DNA of 64,000 nt, from NCBI GenBank assembly GCA_964252035.1, contig OZ176202.1, one strand, 5' to 3'. The DNA is from Podarcis erhardii. Its lineage: Eukaryota. The notes below the pieces were generated by a model. The model was not told the origin of the DNA and did no database searches. It was given only the letters and a program-made list of their open reading frames with translations. Positions within the stretch are counted from its first letter, which is position 1; every line of letters starts with the position of its first letter. Both the position numbers and the translations under genes were made by a program. Shown here piece after piece: positions 12,053-25,360 of this stretch.

Positions 12053-12633
12053 AGAGAGAAAACTATTTTAGGAGGGGTGTGTGAAAGGGGCAGAACTGTA
12101 CCTCACATAAGCTAGCTGTGCTGTCTCTCTTGAGGTACATTTGTCCCAACTTGGCTGACACAATTTCAACTAGGCTAGGAGAAAAGTGCCTGGGATTGGC
12201 AAGTATTTGGGAAGGATTCAGCTGTTCCTCATTCATGTGCTGATTTTGATCCCCAAAACCTGTTTTGTGCAAATAAAAGATGTTTGGCCCTCAGCTTATA
12301 TTTGTGATGTCAGGCTCCAAGGTTCTCTTCTGGCAGTTCCCTCATTGTGAGAAGTGAAGTTACAAGGAACCAGGCAGAGAGCGTCCAACCTGTGGAATGC
12401 CCTCCTATCAGATGTTAAAGAGATAAAACAATTATACAATTTTCCTCAGACATCTGAAGGCAACCCCATATTGGAAAGTTTTGTTATCTGATGGAAGTTA
12501 TCTGACGTTTCATTGTCTTTTTTAAATATTCTGTTGGAAGCAGCGCAGAATGGCTGGGGCAACCCAGTCAGATGGGTGAGGTACAAGTAATAAATTACTA
12601 TCATCATCATCATCATCATTTTTTGATAGTGTT

Positions 12634-12795
12634 GGAAGGGTTGTAGCTCAGTGGCAGAGCATCTGCCTTGTATGCAAAAGGTCCTATGTTTCCCCCCCTG
12701 CATCTCCAGGGAGGGCTGGAAGAGATTCTCTGTCTGAAACCCTGAAGAGCTGCTGCTGATTATTGTAGGTGGACCAGTGGTCTGACTTACATTTT
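12634..12795 (+). mobile_element. tRNA-derived SINE (Squam3-like)
   Basis: Head gggttgtagctcagtggcagagc, then catctccagggagggctggaagag...ctgaaaccctg...ggaccagtggtctgact. Similar copies at about 17.8, 23.1 and 59.9 kb. Confidence 0.7.
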
Positions 12796-13237
12796 CTGAA
12801 GGGCTTCAAGGGCACACCCTTATCTCAATTCCATCCATTGCCTCCTAGCCTAAAAATAAAAATAAAAAATCACATCCCTAGAGGGCTAAATGGACCTACA
12901 CTCCATATTTCAAATTTCTGTTCCCTGGAATTTGGTGCAGCCCAGCAATTTGAGCCACACATCCTTATATTCTTCAAACAATGACCTCTTGATCTGCTTG
13001 GCTGCAGGAAGAGGTGAGGGAAGGTAGCCAAAGCTATATATTTAGGGTAATCTAGTGATGGAGACTGCCCTGTGAGCTGGATTAGAAGCACCCACTGACA
13101 AAGCATTTCAGCCCTAGTGATAAAGCATTATTGTAGCACGCTAGTCTGGCAGATGTACAAGCTCAGCAGCAGGACAAGGAGCCCAGGGCAAACTACTCTC
13201 CTTACCTAAGAAATGCCAAGCAACAAAGTAAAAGTTA

Positions 13238-13990
13238 TGTTACAACGGTTGCACATCACCCCAGTCTCTGCTGAGCGATGGCAAGATTCCAGGGGGTTCC
13301 AGGGTCATGTTTCCGTTGTAAATTCAGGCACACCATAGACTGTAGAGTTTAAATATAAATGGTTTATTTTACACTTACATACACCCTAGAGCAGGGATCG
13401 GCAAGGTTTAGCTCACCTGGGCCAGTTCACTCCAGTGTAGATCCCTCCATGGGTTGGATTGTGCCTGTGTGTGAGCACATGCGCCCATGATTTCCGGCTT
13501 CTGCGCAAACTTGATTTCCGGCACCACGGAAGCAAGGCACCGCGCTGCATCAGTTTAGCACAGTGCCCGGAGACTCGCCAAGTGGGCGGCTCGGTTCAGG
13601 GATGGCTCGTGGGCCGGTTAAATGACCGCTGTGGGCCACTTGTGGCCCATGGACCTTAGGTTGCCTACCCCTGCCTAAGAGTTTTCAACGGAAAGGGTGC
13701 ATGCAGGCCCCATTGATGCAAAACTTAGGTTGCTAGTTAGGAGATTGAAAGCTAGAATCTTCAAAGTAGCTTTATCTGAAAAGCTACCTATACCACTCAT
13801 AGGGCCAGCTGGACAGGCACAGCTCAGTGGGGACTTCAGCAAGTGAATGAGACAGTGATGTTTGTATGAGGGGTGGTGGAGGATTTGTTTGGTACTGCCG
13901 GGGGGAGCATATGGGTATAAACCAGCCCTGTAGAACTGGGTGGGCTCTACTTAAACCAGACTGGAACAAAAATGTTGCTGTTTGAAAACA
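13238..13990. mobile_element. Possible decayed solo LTR hosting the hAT MITE
   Basis: Begins TGTTACA and ends ...AACA; internal TTTATT (AATAAA on the minus strand). No convincing TSD. Confidence 0.3.
13392..13673. mobile_element. hAT (Charlie-like) MITE
   Basis: TIRs CAGGGATCGGCAA / TTGCCTACCCCTG. Imperfect 8-bp TSD CCCTAGAG / CCTAAGAG. Confidence 0.75.
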
Positions 13991-15759
13991 AAAAGTTGGA
14001 AGAGTAGCTTTTAAATTGATAACTGGGAGAAGGCTGATGAACGTTCAAGATATATCATTCTGAAGGGTTGAGGGTGAAAACGATTGAATGTTCAAATGGA
14101 AGAGGGCAGAACTAGACAATGCAAATGCAGGTGGGCATAATAGCCATTCAGAGAATCCAGGTTGCTTTAGATTAAAACGTATGTGCCAAATACATTTGCA
14201 GAGATACACTGTATACCAATGTTTAAATGCTAATGCTAGAGGTATCCAGATCAAGATGGGTTGGCTGGGGTGCTTGGTTTTAAAGAAAAGCATAGATAGG
14301 TATTGTGCTCATAGCAGAAACATGGTGAAAATAAGTGAATTAATGGGACACTGGTGTCTGTGGATATAAACTCCATAGCATACACACATACACTAGCAGC
14401 TGTGAAGAAAAGCTAATTCCATTTTAAAATCATTATGAAAGGGATGGAAAAATAAAACTGCCTGCCCCATGATGCTTTCCCAGCCTACCTGGAGTTGCTA
14501 GGGATTGAACCTCTGAGGCCTTTTGTATGCAAATCATATGCTTGACCACTGAGCTTCAGCCATTTTCTCAAAGTTTACATTGTGTTAAATCAGCATTGTT
14601 TTCCCCATTCTACTCTCTGTTTTTGACCTCTTAGTACAGTGATTCCCATTGCGGGTCAGGGCATCCCTGGGGGTCTGAGGAACGAACCATCCCCTGCCAG
14701 GGACTCACTTACCTTGTTAATTGCACAGTGAAAGCCTTACATGGACCATCCAGCCTCTGCTCCCAACCAGCACTTGCTTGAGTGCCCACAATGCAGTTTA
14801 CTGAGCAGTGCGCTAAGAAATTATTAATCCTGAGAGTTGTAATTTCCTTTCCTGATGTTAGTAAATAATACTAGACTTAAAGCTAGCTTCAAAGATAACT
14901 TCCCTATTGCCTGGAGCCAGTTTCAGAAGTTGCAACAAGTGAAAAAATTAACTCAAAAATTAAGGTATGCTAGACGACAAAACAAGCAAAGTTCATTTTT
15001 AACTATGTGATAAAACATTATTTCCCCTTCAAGGAAAAATATGACTAAAATGGTCACATTAGTGCATGTAGTTTTTTTCAAGAAGTTATCATAGTCCCTG
15101 TAAATTACCTGAATATTTCTACTTTCAGAAACAAAAATGTAAATGCAAAGCTAGATAATTTTAAAATCTCTGGCAGCATACTCTGCCAGTCGAGCAGTCA
15201 AGTCTTTCAAATGTAAGGTCATGTGACTGACACATTTGTCCTCTAAAGAGAGGACATGCAATTCTTTCTTTAGTACTCTGTATTTTTAACTGGCTGAATG
15301 CAAGTCTTAGCCAGAAGTAAGATGAGCTGTAGCTACCTAACAGAAATAGCATTATCATCATTCTGGAATTTATATGCTGGTAACAACAAAACACTAGTGG
15401 AAAATAACTTGACTTGCGTTTATAATGTGTCTTGTTTAAGCTGAGTAACTTTATTTGTTGTGCATGTACCTTTTTATAACGAAGTTCTTTCTGCACGGGG
15501 TGCAAACTGGTCTGTAGTATGTTTTATCTCTGGCAGTTTAGAGGATGCATACGTTTGAGTAATGGCATAAGAAGAGCCCTGCTGAATCAGATTAAAGCCA
15601 ATCCTTTTACTAGATGCTAGTGAAAATTTCACAAACCGGAAATGAGCACAACAGACCTTCCCCTGTTCAGAGTAGTGCTGTCTCTGATCCTGGAGGTAGT
15701 ATGTAGCCACCACCACCACCACTACTACTACTAGTTGTTGTTGTCATCGTTATTATATC

Positions 15760-16620
15760 ACCCATCATCAGTAGATCTTAGGACGGTTCACAACATCAAA
15801 ATACAATATGAAAAACACAAAATACGTAATAAAAATAATAACAAAAACAAATAAAAAATACGGTAACTCCTCCCACAACACATTCAAAAGGGTATTGGGT
15901 GTTAATCAGCCAAAGGCCTGGTTGAAGAGAAATGTTTTTGCCTGGTGCCTAAAGGAGTATAATGCCAGACAAACCTCACTGCGAAGAAGATTTCACAAAC
16001 AGGGAGCCACTGCAGAAAAGGCCCGTTCTCATGTTGCACCCTCCAGATCTCTTGTGGAAGAGGTCCATGAAGAAGGGCCTCAGAAGATGATCTCAGTAAC
16101 CAGGTTGGTTCATATGGAGATAGGCAGTCCTTGAGGCATTGCAGTCCTGAGCCATTTAAGGCTTTATAGGTCAAAATGCCTAGGGACGCGGGTGGCGCTG
16201 TGGGTTAAACCACAGAGCCTAGGACTTGCTGATCAGATGGTCGGCGGTTCGAATCTCCGCAACGGGGTGAGCTCCCATTGTTCGGTCCCTGCTCCTGCCA
16301 ACTTAGCAGTTCGAAAGCATGCCAGTACAAGTAGATAAATAGGTACCGCTCCAGCGGGAAGGTAAACTGTGTTTCTGTGCGCTGCTCTGGTTCACCAGAA
16401 GCGGCTTAGTCATGCTGGCCACATGACCTGGAAGCTGTACACCGGCTCCCTCAGCCAATAAAGCGAGATGAGCGCCGCAACCCCAGAGTCGGTCACGACT
16501 GGACCTAATGGTCAGGGGTCCCTTTACCTTTACTAGGTCAAAACCAGCACTTGAATTGGCCCTGGAAACTAATTGACAGCCAGTGCAGTTTGGGCCAGCA
16601 TCAGTGTAATAGGCTCAAAA
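15760..16620 (-). mobile_element. L2 LINE 3' fragment, interrupted by a Sauria SINE
   Basis: Minus ORF 15902-16174 reads TYKALNGSGLQCLKDCLSPYEPTWLLRSSSEALL, the L2 ORF2 C-terminal 'YKAL.G.GP.YL.D.L.PY.P.R.LRSS' motif. Microsatellite tail near 15710-15760. Confidence 0.8.
16183..16533 (+). mobile_element. Full-length Sauria SINE
   Basis: 5' GGGACGCGGGTGGCGCTGTGG head with B-box GGTTCGAATC and 3' (ACCTTT)n tail. TAGGTCAAAA occurs on both sides. Confidence 0.9.
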
Positions 16621-17812
16621 TGTCTTGCTCTGGTGAACAATCAGTTGCCACTGATTCTTGTGGAATCCAATTCCGTAGATTAATTAGTGAACTGTATTAG
16701 ATTACGTAGGTGTATTCTGCCAGAGAAGCATTTATTTGTAGGACCACACATCCAAATAAGCAATCTCTAAATTTTGTACCTTAGAAATTCCAAATATGGG
16801 CACCCTTTTTCTTAAAAAATAAAAACAAGCAAACAGATAAGACACACCTGTATCCTTGCCTGCCAGAGGCAAACTTTTAAAGGAAAAATGGCACCTCATA
16901 TGAAATGGCAAACGAAACACCATACCTCCAATTTACTACCTGCCTTTCTGTCAAAGAACTGCAAACTGTCTTAAGTACTTGAATAGGGTCACAGTCAACT
17001 TGGTAACTTCCTTTCATGGGTATCTCAGCTTCCATCAGCAGGGTTTCCATGTCGGAGCTTGGTATTCAGTTGCTGTGCAAATAGTGTGGTGAGCTTAAAT
17101 GTTCATAAATTTTTTTGTATAAACAGCTCACATTAACTCATGTTCATGCCCAAAGAATATGGTTTTTAGCCCTTCTTATGTAGAGCAGTGTTACCAAAAA
17201 CTAAGTCAATATTTAGAATTATATAAGTTCCATGGTAGTGACTCTGAACCTGGACATATACAAATGTATTCACTCCTGGCACTTTATCTTGTTGCATGTT
17301 AAATAACTAGAAAAAGGAATCATGGGAAAAGTTGCAATTAGAGCAAGTATCATTAAATAGAAAATGTCCAAGTGAAGAGAAATGCAAGGAGATAATGCTA
17401 GCTCCCCCCACCCTCGGTGTGTCTTTAACATTGTGACCATTAAATTTGTCAGTGAAATAGTCTTTGCATATCATTTGAACTGATAGCTTACTTTGAAAAA
17501 GATAAGGCAGTAGCGCTGGCTAAAAAATAATGATGTCAGTTTACTGTTGCTTGGCCTAAGCACTGTAATGTGCATCATAGATTTATTCCAAAGAAAGTAT
17601 GCCATATCATTAGTTTGGTGCTGCATATCCTGCTGAGGTATTTGCAGGGATCCAAATCTGACTTTCTTTTTTTTTTAGTTACCAAGTTGTATCAGAAAAG
17701 TACAACGGGGTTGACAGTTTGAGTGTCCACAAATGTTTAAGTCAGAAATAGTATGTCTTGTTTTCATTTGGTATCCATTCTTAGCTGCTAGTAGAAATTT
17801 TTGTTTACTTTC

Positions 17813-17983
17813 GGGAAGGGTCACAGCTCAGTGGTAGAGCTTATTGCATTGCATTGGAAGGTTGCAGGTTCAACCCCTGGCAATGTCTCCTGCTTGAAAC
17901 CCTAGACACGCACTGCCACTCAGTGTAGGCAATACAGAGCTATATAAAACAGTGGTCTGACTCAGTAAAAGGTACCTTCTTAT
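17813..17983 (+). mobile_element. tRNA-derived SINE (Squam3-like), decayed
   Basis: gggtcacagctcagtggtagagc...ggttcaacccctggc...cagtgtaggcaatacagagct...gtggtctgactcagt. Confidence 0.7.
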
Positions 17984-18519
17984 CTACTATTCTTCTGCAA
18001 GTGCACTTAGTTGAACATAATCCATTCCCTATCACAATTTCTTTTTCTTATTGGGGTTTATTTCAGTAAATCCTGTTGTTTCCTAAAATGGCTACATTTC
18101 TTTCAGAACTTTCTTCATAAATTCATTTCTTGAATGAATCTTTTCCATCTTTAATGGTACCAGTCAGTTGTTCCCAAAGTTGCTTTGGTGCATCCCATCT
18201 GGGCTGCAAGAATCATAGAATCGTACTCTAGTCCAACCTCCTGCAATGCAGGAATCTCAACAGTAAGTAGGAGTGGGTAGCAGGAACTACCAGAGAGTAA
18301 GACCCATTGGCAGCACTGCAGAACTGTTGTGTTGCAATTGGGCAAGGAAACGAGTGGGAAAAGCCTCTCCCAAGCATCCTTCCTTTGTCGCAGCCTGTTT
18401 TGAGTTAAGAGTACTGGTAACTATAAAACCACATGATAATTTTCTGTCTTATACCAATGTTCCATTTTCACAGTTTTCTCACAGTGTTTTTGTGGGTCCT
18501 TGCAAGTTAAATGCCAGTA

Positions 18520-18727
18520 CAGTGGTACCTCTACTTACACACACCTCTGGTTACGTATCCTTCGGGATACGCACGTGGCAAAACCTGAAGTATATTTTCG
18601 GGTTTCTCCGCATGCGCAGAAGCGATCTACTGCGTGCATGCACAGAACAGGCACCCCCGGTTGCAAAAACCTCGGGATCCAACCGGAGCTGTGGAACGGA
18701 TCCCGTCTGCAACTGGAGGTACCACTG
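18520..18727. mobile_element. Tigger/pogo-like MITE
   Basis: TIRs CAGTGGTACCTC / GAGGTACCACTG with TA TSD. Confidence 0.85.
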
Positions 18728-18880
18728 TATTTTGATCTTAATGATGTGTAACATTTTTGTCTCAAAGTTAGAACATAATACTGGATTCGCAACAAAATGT
18801 AGTGTGGAGTGCTGCTGTTTCGACTTCTAGCCACTCCAGCAGTCAGCATACTATGACAACTGAGAACACTATGACCTCTT

Positions 18881-19140
18881 TAGAACTGGGTGATATATTG
18901 CCCAAATTCACTTTCGAGTCTATATCATGATACACATTTCATAATTTTTGACCTAGCAATATATTGCAATTCATGGTGTGTGCATGCTATGCAAAAATCA
19001 CAATGTGGGAAAAACCTCAAAAACAACCAGTGGCTCGACAAAGCTCCATCCTAAATTCAGACATTGTGATATATCAGTATATTGTGATATTTAGCTGGTG
19101 ATAATAGTGCATTGTTGAAACCAGGTATCGCCCAGCCCTA
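18881..19140. mobile_element. hAT-like MITE
   Basis: Degenerate TIRs TAGAACTGGGTGATA / TATCGCCCAGCCCTA. Flanks GACCTCTT / GAGCTCGT match at 6 of 8 positions. Confidence 0.55.
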
Positions 19141-19369
19141 GAGCTCGTGGACTGTTTTTGGAATCACCCCGGTTTCCTAACTATTTTTTGTATTTCTGCA
19201 GATGGTTAGTGTCCACCAAAGCTTGGTCCCTCTTGCACACGAGATATGGTCCCTCTTGCACACGAGTGATGCCTTTTTGGCTACATAAACAACAGCACTC
19301 ATATTCTGGGCATTGTAGACAGAGGGAATGACAGTGTACTCTTGAAGCTCCAGTGAATATGTGGAAAAG

Positions 19370-19508
19370 TCGCTTTAGAGATAGCACATTCAGTAGAGTG
19401 GGTTCGTGGGTTTGAGCCCTACTTCAGGCAAAAAAGATTCTTGCATTGCAGGTGGTTGAACTAGATGACCTCTTGGTCCTCTCCAACTCAACAATTCTAT
19501 GAATGCTA
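19370..19508 (+). mobile_element. Decayed SINE with CR1-type 3' tail
   Basis: Tail ...gaactagatgacctcttggtcctctccaactcaacaattctatgaatgcta. Confidence 0.55.
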
Positions 19509-19676
19509 TATGGAAGCTGTTTGATTGTTGTTATTTGTGCTGGGCAACTGTGGGTGATTAGCTGGTGGGGAAAAAATCTCTTACATGGAATTCTCCTATA
19601 CTTGCATGTGAAGTTCAAAAATGATTTCAACTAGGTTTTACTGTATGAAATATATATAAATATATAGTAGATCTTA

Positions 19677-19707
19677 GTGTGTGTGTGTGTGTGTGTGTGT
19701 ATGTAGA

Positions 19708-19743
<36 letters not shown>
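19677..19743. repeat. Interrupted (GT)n microsatellite
   Basis: Two GT runs separated by ATGTAGATCC. Confidence 0.95.
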
Positions 19744-19745
<2 letters not shown>

Positions 19746-21459
19746 GATTCACTGTAGTTTCAGTAACACCTAGCTTTTATCTAACATTTATAGCATAGTA
19801 AAAAGGATCAGAAAATCCAGTGCAAAATCTTAACAGCATATGATATGGTCTTCAATGTTACTAGAGACTAGAATTCAACAATTTCTTTGCCCGCCCCTTC
19901 CAGTTATTAACAAGAACACTAAACTTTTCAATTATGTGAGTGTTTAGTGTGTTAGAGAAGAAAAGCTAGTTAGACAATAAAAGGTTTGCCAACTATATTA
20001 AACTAATAAAAACCATGCTTCGTCAGACTTTCCAGAAGTCTACTTACAGCAGCACCTTAGCATTATAAATTGTACTTCATTCATTGATACAGACTTACAT
20101 GTAGTCTGATTTCCGTTGAAGATTCTTCATCCCCCTTTTTGCACCCTCAGTTTCACCCTCTTTTAAGGAGAATGCTTACAGAAATTTCTGACATTGGGAA
20201 ACATGCTTTTTAGTAAATTGAGAGGAGAGGTATTGGCCAAAGAAAACAATTAAAAAATTGTGGTGTGCTTTTACACCATAAATTGTTTTAACTTGTGTTT
20301 CTGGATCACAAAAAAGAATTATAGAATTTTCAGGATTTGAAAAGAAAAGACTGTGGAACAATTATTATTGTCCTTGAACATTAATGAAACATTTAATTAA
20401 AAACACCAGCTAATTTTAAATGATGGCATAATAAACAAAAACTACATTGTGGGCCATGCAGCCACGTTTATAGAGAGAGTTTTGTAAACCAAATATATGG
20501 GTAAGTACCATTTCAAAATGATACAATATCCACAGCCATGGTAGAAGCAAAATTATCAGGGGATATAGGCAACCCCACCTTCTGACAAGATAGAAGTGGA
20601 AGGTGGGGGTGTTGCAGTATTTGCTGCATTTCCAGTACATAAGATTATCTTTCATAAGTTTATACTTACTATCCATTAAAGCTGCAAAATAAATCCAAAT
20701 ACAGAATTAAACACCTTGCTATTTGTAGCTTTGTGATCTGTCAGCACAAGACTGCTGTAATTGTAGAAATTGTGTCTGTTAAAGTTTTAGCAACTGAACT
20801 ATGGACTTTGAATCCAGATGGAAAACAGCATTTGTGTGCATGGATAGTAACTTTGGAAATATGTTGTCTGCAGATGTCCCTGGCAGAAACAATATCTAAA
20901 TGGTTTCCCCAATCTACCGTCAATAACTCTGTAACTGCTTGCAACTGCCAATTGTTATTTTTCTTTTGGGATTTAAAGAGATACTTACTTTATAAGACTT
21001 GATGGAAGCCCAAGATAGCCTCATGTGCAGCTTCCACTATACAACCATGTTTCATGGAAAGCTGTTAATAAAGTTTTCCGTTGCAGACTGCCTATAGCTC
21101 TGCATATGTGCCTTTCATGCAGTTCTGTTTGATAAAGTCTATGGTATCCAAAATGTTGTGTGAAAGAGAGCAGCCTCCAATTCTGCTATGCTGTCCTTCT
21201 AAAAAGCTCAGTGCTGTTTAGAAGTTAAGAATATTGGCTTCCTTCCCAGTGTTCTTAGAATGTAGGAGGAGGTCCAAGGAGAGTAGTGTTTTAGATTTAG
21301 GACTGAAAAAATAGGGACCTCATGTAGGTAGAGTAGCATCTGAGGGAGTTTCTCTATTTTACAAACATGTTTCCACTTCATATATTGAAATGTGATAAGC
21401 TTTTGCAAGTGCATTGATACTGTAAAATACTCTACTAATAGTCTACTTTATTTGTTCAG

Positions 21460-21547
21460 GCAGAAGGAGAAGATAGCCTTAAAAAGATGCAGTTGATGGA
21501 ACTTGCAATTCTCAATGGCACCTACAGAGACGCCAATATCAAATCAC
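21460..21547 (+). CDS. QKI: QKI coding exon 5 (human numbering; QUA2 region), 88 nt
   Basis: Translates [29 protein letters not shown](P). Acceptor tttgttcag, donor CAC|gtaagt. Confidence 0.97.
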
Positions 21548-23094
21548 GTAAGTACAACAGAAATGTGGGGGTTTTATATGGGAGGATGCTTTTAAATTGT
21601 GTTTGTTTGCACTAGATGGGAAAACAAAATATTGCCTGTGTTACATATGTAGCCCACTGACCCCTTATAGATCTTGCCATTTCCATAATCTTGACTCCTA
21701 CACAGAAAACATCTCATGAATGTGCTTCACATGCCCTATCTTGCTTTTCCAGAATGTGCACACTCTCAGTTTGTGTAGTAATATGACACTGCTGTACTTA
21801 TAATGTCATGGCATCATACAAAGTGAGCAAAGCATGCTGCTGAGAGGATTGGGATTAGGCACATTTCTTTCACATCTTAATTCTCCTTAAGAGTATCTTT
21901 AAATATTGATCTAGCTGTGTAAGACCCACTTTTCTTTGAAGGGCTTCTACATGACTGGGGTTAACTTAGATCTAGCCATGTGAGCAGAGGCTGATTATAT
22001 GGTTGCTGGCGAAAGAATTGGCACCTGCAAGGAAGGGTATATATGCCAGTGCTGTAGGAAAAACCCACTGAATAAGCTACCCTCTCTTAGTTCCAAGAAG
22101 GACCAGTTTAAAAATAAAATAAATGTTTTGAAGATATTTAATATATAGTTAGTGTTTTCTGTGTAATTATTGGCATGTTTTCCCTTTTTTCAACTCTTCA
22201 GCTATGAGTTCAGTCATATATATTTTGCAATGGTTCTTAGTTTCATTCAGCATGTTTTCAGAAACTGCATATTCAAGGTTATCTTAAAACTAAATGTCTT
22301 GCACTAATTGGGTTAGATTTCAGTCATGTTTGAAACATAATTAACGGGCAAATCATTGCACTTTGAGGGTAAGAGTAGTCAGCCTAATCACTAATTGATA
22401 TGGGCAATAATTTTTCCTGTCACTGCCTTCTTTCATTTAATGAACCACAGTCTCGCATAACAAACCCAACAGAGACTTACATAATGCAACTAAGTTGGCT
22501 CATTCTGTTAGCTTTAACACAGAGCTTGTCCAGAGAAAAATGGATTTCTGGTATGTTAAGGGGACCTAAAATTATTCTTAGGCTTTGATCAGTGTGTTGG
22601 AGGCTCCAGATGCATGCATTTAGGAAAACCGCTTTCATTGAAAAGAGGTGAAATGTTAACAAAAAATTATCTTCCTGCTGTTCTAGTGTCTCTTGATATC
22701 ATCTGTATATGTTTAAACTGTGCTTAAATTGGTTAAAAGAACTTAACACTGAAATCCTGTCTATACTTGGGAGTAATTTCTAAGTAAATATGTATTGGTT
22801 AAAACCTACAAGTCTAATTGATGCATATGGGACTTTGCAATCCAATTAAAGCTCAGCTGATTTTCAGTGATTTTTGTGGAGTGTCTTACAGGTAGATTTC
22901 CCAGTAGCTGAATTTTTCTTACATTTTAGGTGTGTATCTTGAAGCTTGCTTGGAACATTAGCAGTCCCTGGATTATTTGCTTTCTTTAAATGGATGTAGT
23001 GGTGGTGATGGGAGGTTCTAGCTGCTGTAGTTCTAGATATAGTGGAAATGTGCAAGCAATATTATGTTGATGTTTTCAGTAAAGTCTGATTTAT

Positions 23095-23230
23095 TCCCAG
23101 GCACCTCTGGGTAGGGCTGGAAAAGACTCCTGTCTGAAACCAGGAGAGTTGCTTTAAGTCAGTATAGACAATACTAAGCTAGATAGATCAGTGTTCTGAC
23201 TAAATAAGGTAGCTTCATTCATATGTTCAT
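23095..23230 (+). mobile_element. Squam3-like SINE 3' part
   Basis: ggtagggctggaaaagactcctgtctgaaacc...cagtatagacaatactaagctagatagatcagt...ggtagcttc. Confidence 0.6.
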
Positions 23231-23469
23231 ATAATTTGAGGGTCTGTACTGTGGCATGTAGGGTGTTACTCTTAACTAAAGGTAGGGTTAGCAGCTTTTT
23301 TCTCTACCAAATATTTGGCACATGGTGTTATGTGCCTCTGAGCATATGCAGAATGTATTTCCTTGGTTAAGGGAGCTCTTCCTTGTTTACCCAGGTTTTT
23401 TTCAGAATCTAATTTCCTTCAGTCTGTCTGCCTTCTTTAGGATCCAATTTGCTACACTGCCACATTTCT

Positions 23470-24200
23470 TCTTTTTTTATTTCTAGCCCACTCTTCCTCC
23501 CAAAATCCAGGCCAATAAAGTTGATACTGAGGGGTAAGCTCCCAGGGGTTAAGGAACTTAGGTCCCAGGGTTTTGAGGGCTTTGTATGCTAGTAACAACA
23601 CTTTGAATTGGGCAAAGAAGCATACTTGCAGCCCGTGTGGTGCTTTTAGGACCAGTAATACATGGTCCTGTTGGGTTGCCCCACTCAATGAGCACATTAC
23701 AGTAGTCCAGGCAGGATGTCACTAGAGAATAGACAACTGAGGCCAGACTTTCCCAGTCCAAGAACATCTATAGCAGGCAAACCAGCCTAAGCTGGGCACA
23801 ATCACTTCTAGCCACAGAAGCCACTTTGGACTCCATTGACAGGTTGGAATCCAGCAATACTCCCAGAGTGTAAACGTGTTCCTTCATGTGGAGTGCAGCC
23901 ATCCTCCCCCACAAAAAAGGTTGTCTGTCTAATAATTCCTGGACAAGGGTACTACCCAGCCACAGTACTTCTGTTTGGTTAGAATTCAACCTCAGTTTAT
24001 TAGCCCGTCACTGCTTCAAGCACTAATCCAACACCTGCACAGTGTCTGCTGATTCAGGTGGAAAAGAGAGATCTGCATGGTATCAGCATGCTGAGGACAT
24101 CATGATCAAAATCCCCACATGACAGTTCTGGATGATTTCATATAGCTGCTGGATAATGTTGGAGACAGAGTGGTACCTTGCAGGTCCCACAGTTCAAAAG
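23470..24200 (-). mobile_element. L2 LINE ORF2 fragment
   Basis: Minus ORFs contain LVTSCLDYCN (L2 'LVTSRLDYCN') and FKVLLLAYKAL motifs, with frameshifts. Confidence 0.8.
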
Positions 24201-25232
24201 CCATTGGCTGAGCAACCGTGTCCTAGTGCTACTTTTTGGTTGGAGCAGAGCCATTGTAATACAGTGCCTTGTAACTTTCACCTCCCTGCATCATTCCAGA
24301 AGCACACCATGCATCATGGCATAAAAAACAATGGAGAGTTCAAGGAGACCAGCAGAGTTACACTGCTCTGTCTCTCTTCAAATAGAGGTCATTAGTCAGA
24401 GTGTACTTGGCTTTTTCAGTGCTAAAACAAGGCTGGCATGAGTCTAGATAGTTTGAACCTGGGCCACCCAGTTTAAGAGTAGAGAGCAAGTTTTCCCTTC
24501 TCCACAGAGGAGAGGCTTCTCTTCCATTCTCTTCTATAGAAACTAAGTAGGCTCGCAAAATAGGCCTTTCTCTGCTAGCCCTTCTTATGAGTAAAAAGCA
24601 GGCTAGCAAACATTTTGTAGACTACCAACTTTTTGGCTAATTTACCAGGCTGATCTTCGAGTCCGACCTGCCTAGGCTGTTAAAGTAAACAATACTAGGG
24701 TAGATGAACCAGTGTCATAATTCATTAGGCTGCTACATGTTTTCATAGTTGTGCCAGTCACCTTAGGGCCTATTCCTTCATTATGAGTGAGCACAGTGTT
24801 TGTGTGTTTGCATTTGCTTCACAGCATGCACATGCCCAACTGTACTACAAATGCAGCCACCACTACCGTGTGGCGTTTAAAAAAGCAAGTATGTGCTGTA
24901 ACAGCATACATATATGACTAACAGCAAGAATGATTCAGCTGTATTTTACTGCCCCCCCCCCCTACTTTTCATGGTTCCATTCTGGCAACTAGCCACAAGG
25001 ATAAAATTCAGACCAGGCACCCTTAAACGAGAGGTATTGTATAAAATTGATGCAGGTGTTAATGTTTTTTTAGTAAAGGCAAACCTTGCAAGGTGCTTGT
25101 TGTCTGGTTGGTTCTAGCATAGGGTAATTTAGATATGAATATAGATATAGATACAGATTTAGAGACACCCCAACAGCACTGTATCTAATCTGTTCTTATC
25201 CTATTTACTGTTTCATACCAGTATGCCTAGCA

Positions 25233-25360
25233 CAGGGAAGGGGAACACATAACCCTCCAAATGTTGCTAGACTCAAGCTCCCAACATCTCTAGCCAGCAT
25301 GGGCAATGGTCATGGGAACTGTAGTCTTGCAATGTCTGGAGGGCAACAGGTTTCCTAGCC
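25233..25360. mobile_element. Short hAT-like MITE (squamate 'ctcccatcatccc' family), decayed
   Basis: Internal ccctccaaatgttg...gactcaagctcccaacatc...gggaactgtagtc...tctggagggcaacagg. Similar copies at about 26490-26610, 45141-45276 and 53430-53530. Confidence 0.55.

Noticed and set aside
1-21459. QKI exon 4 and earlier exons (KH domain)
   Set aside because: No sequence encoding [25 protein letters not shown] was found by eye; these exons presumably lie upstream of the window.
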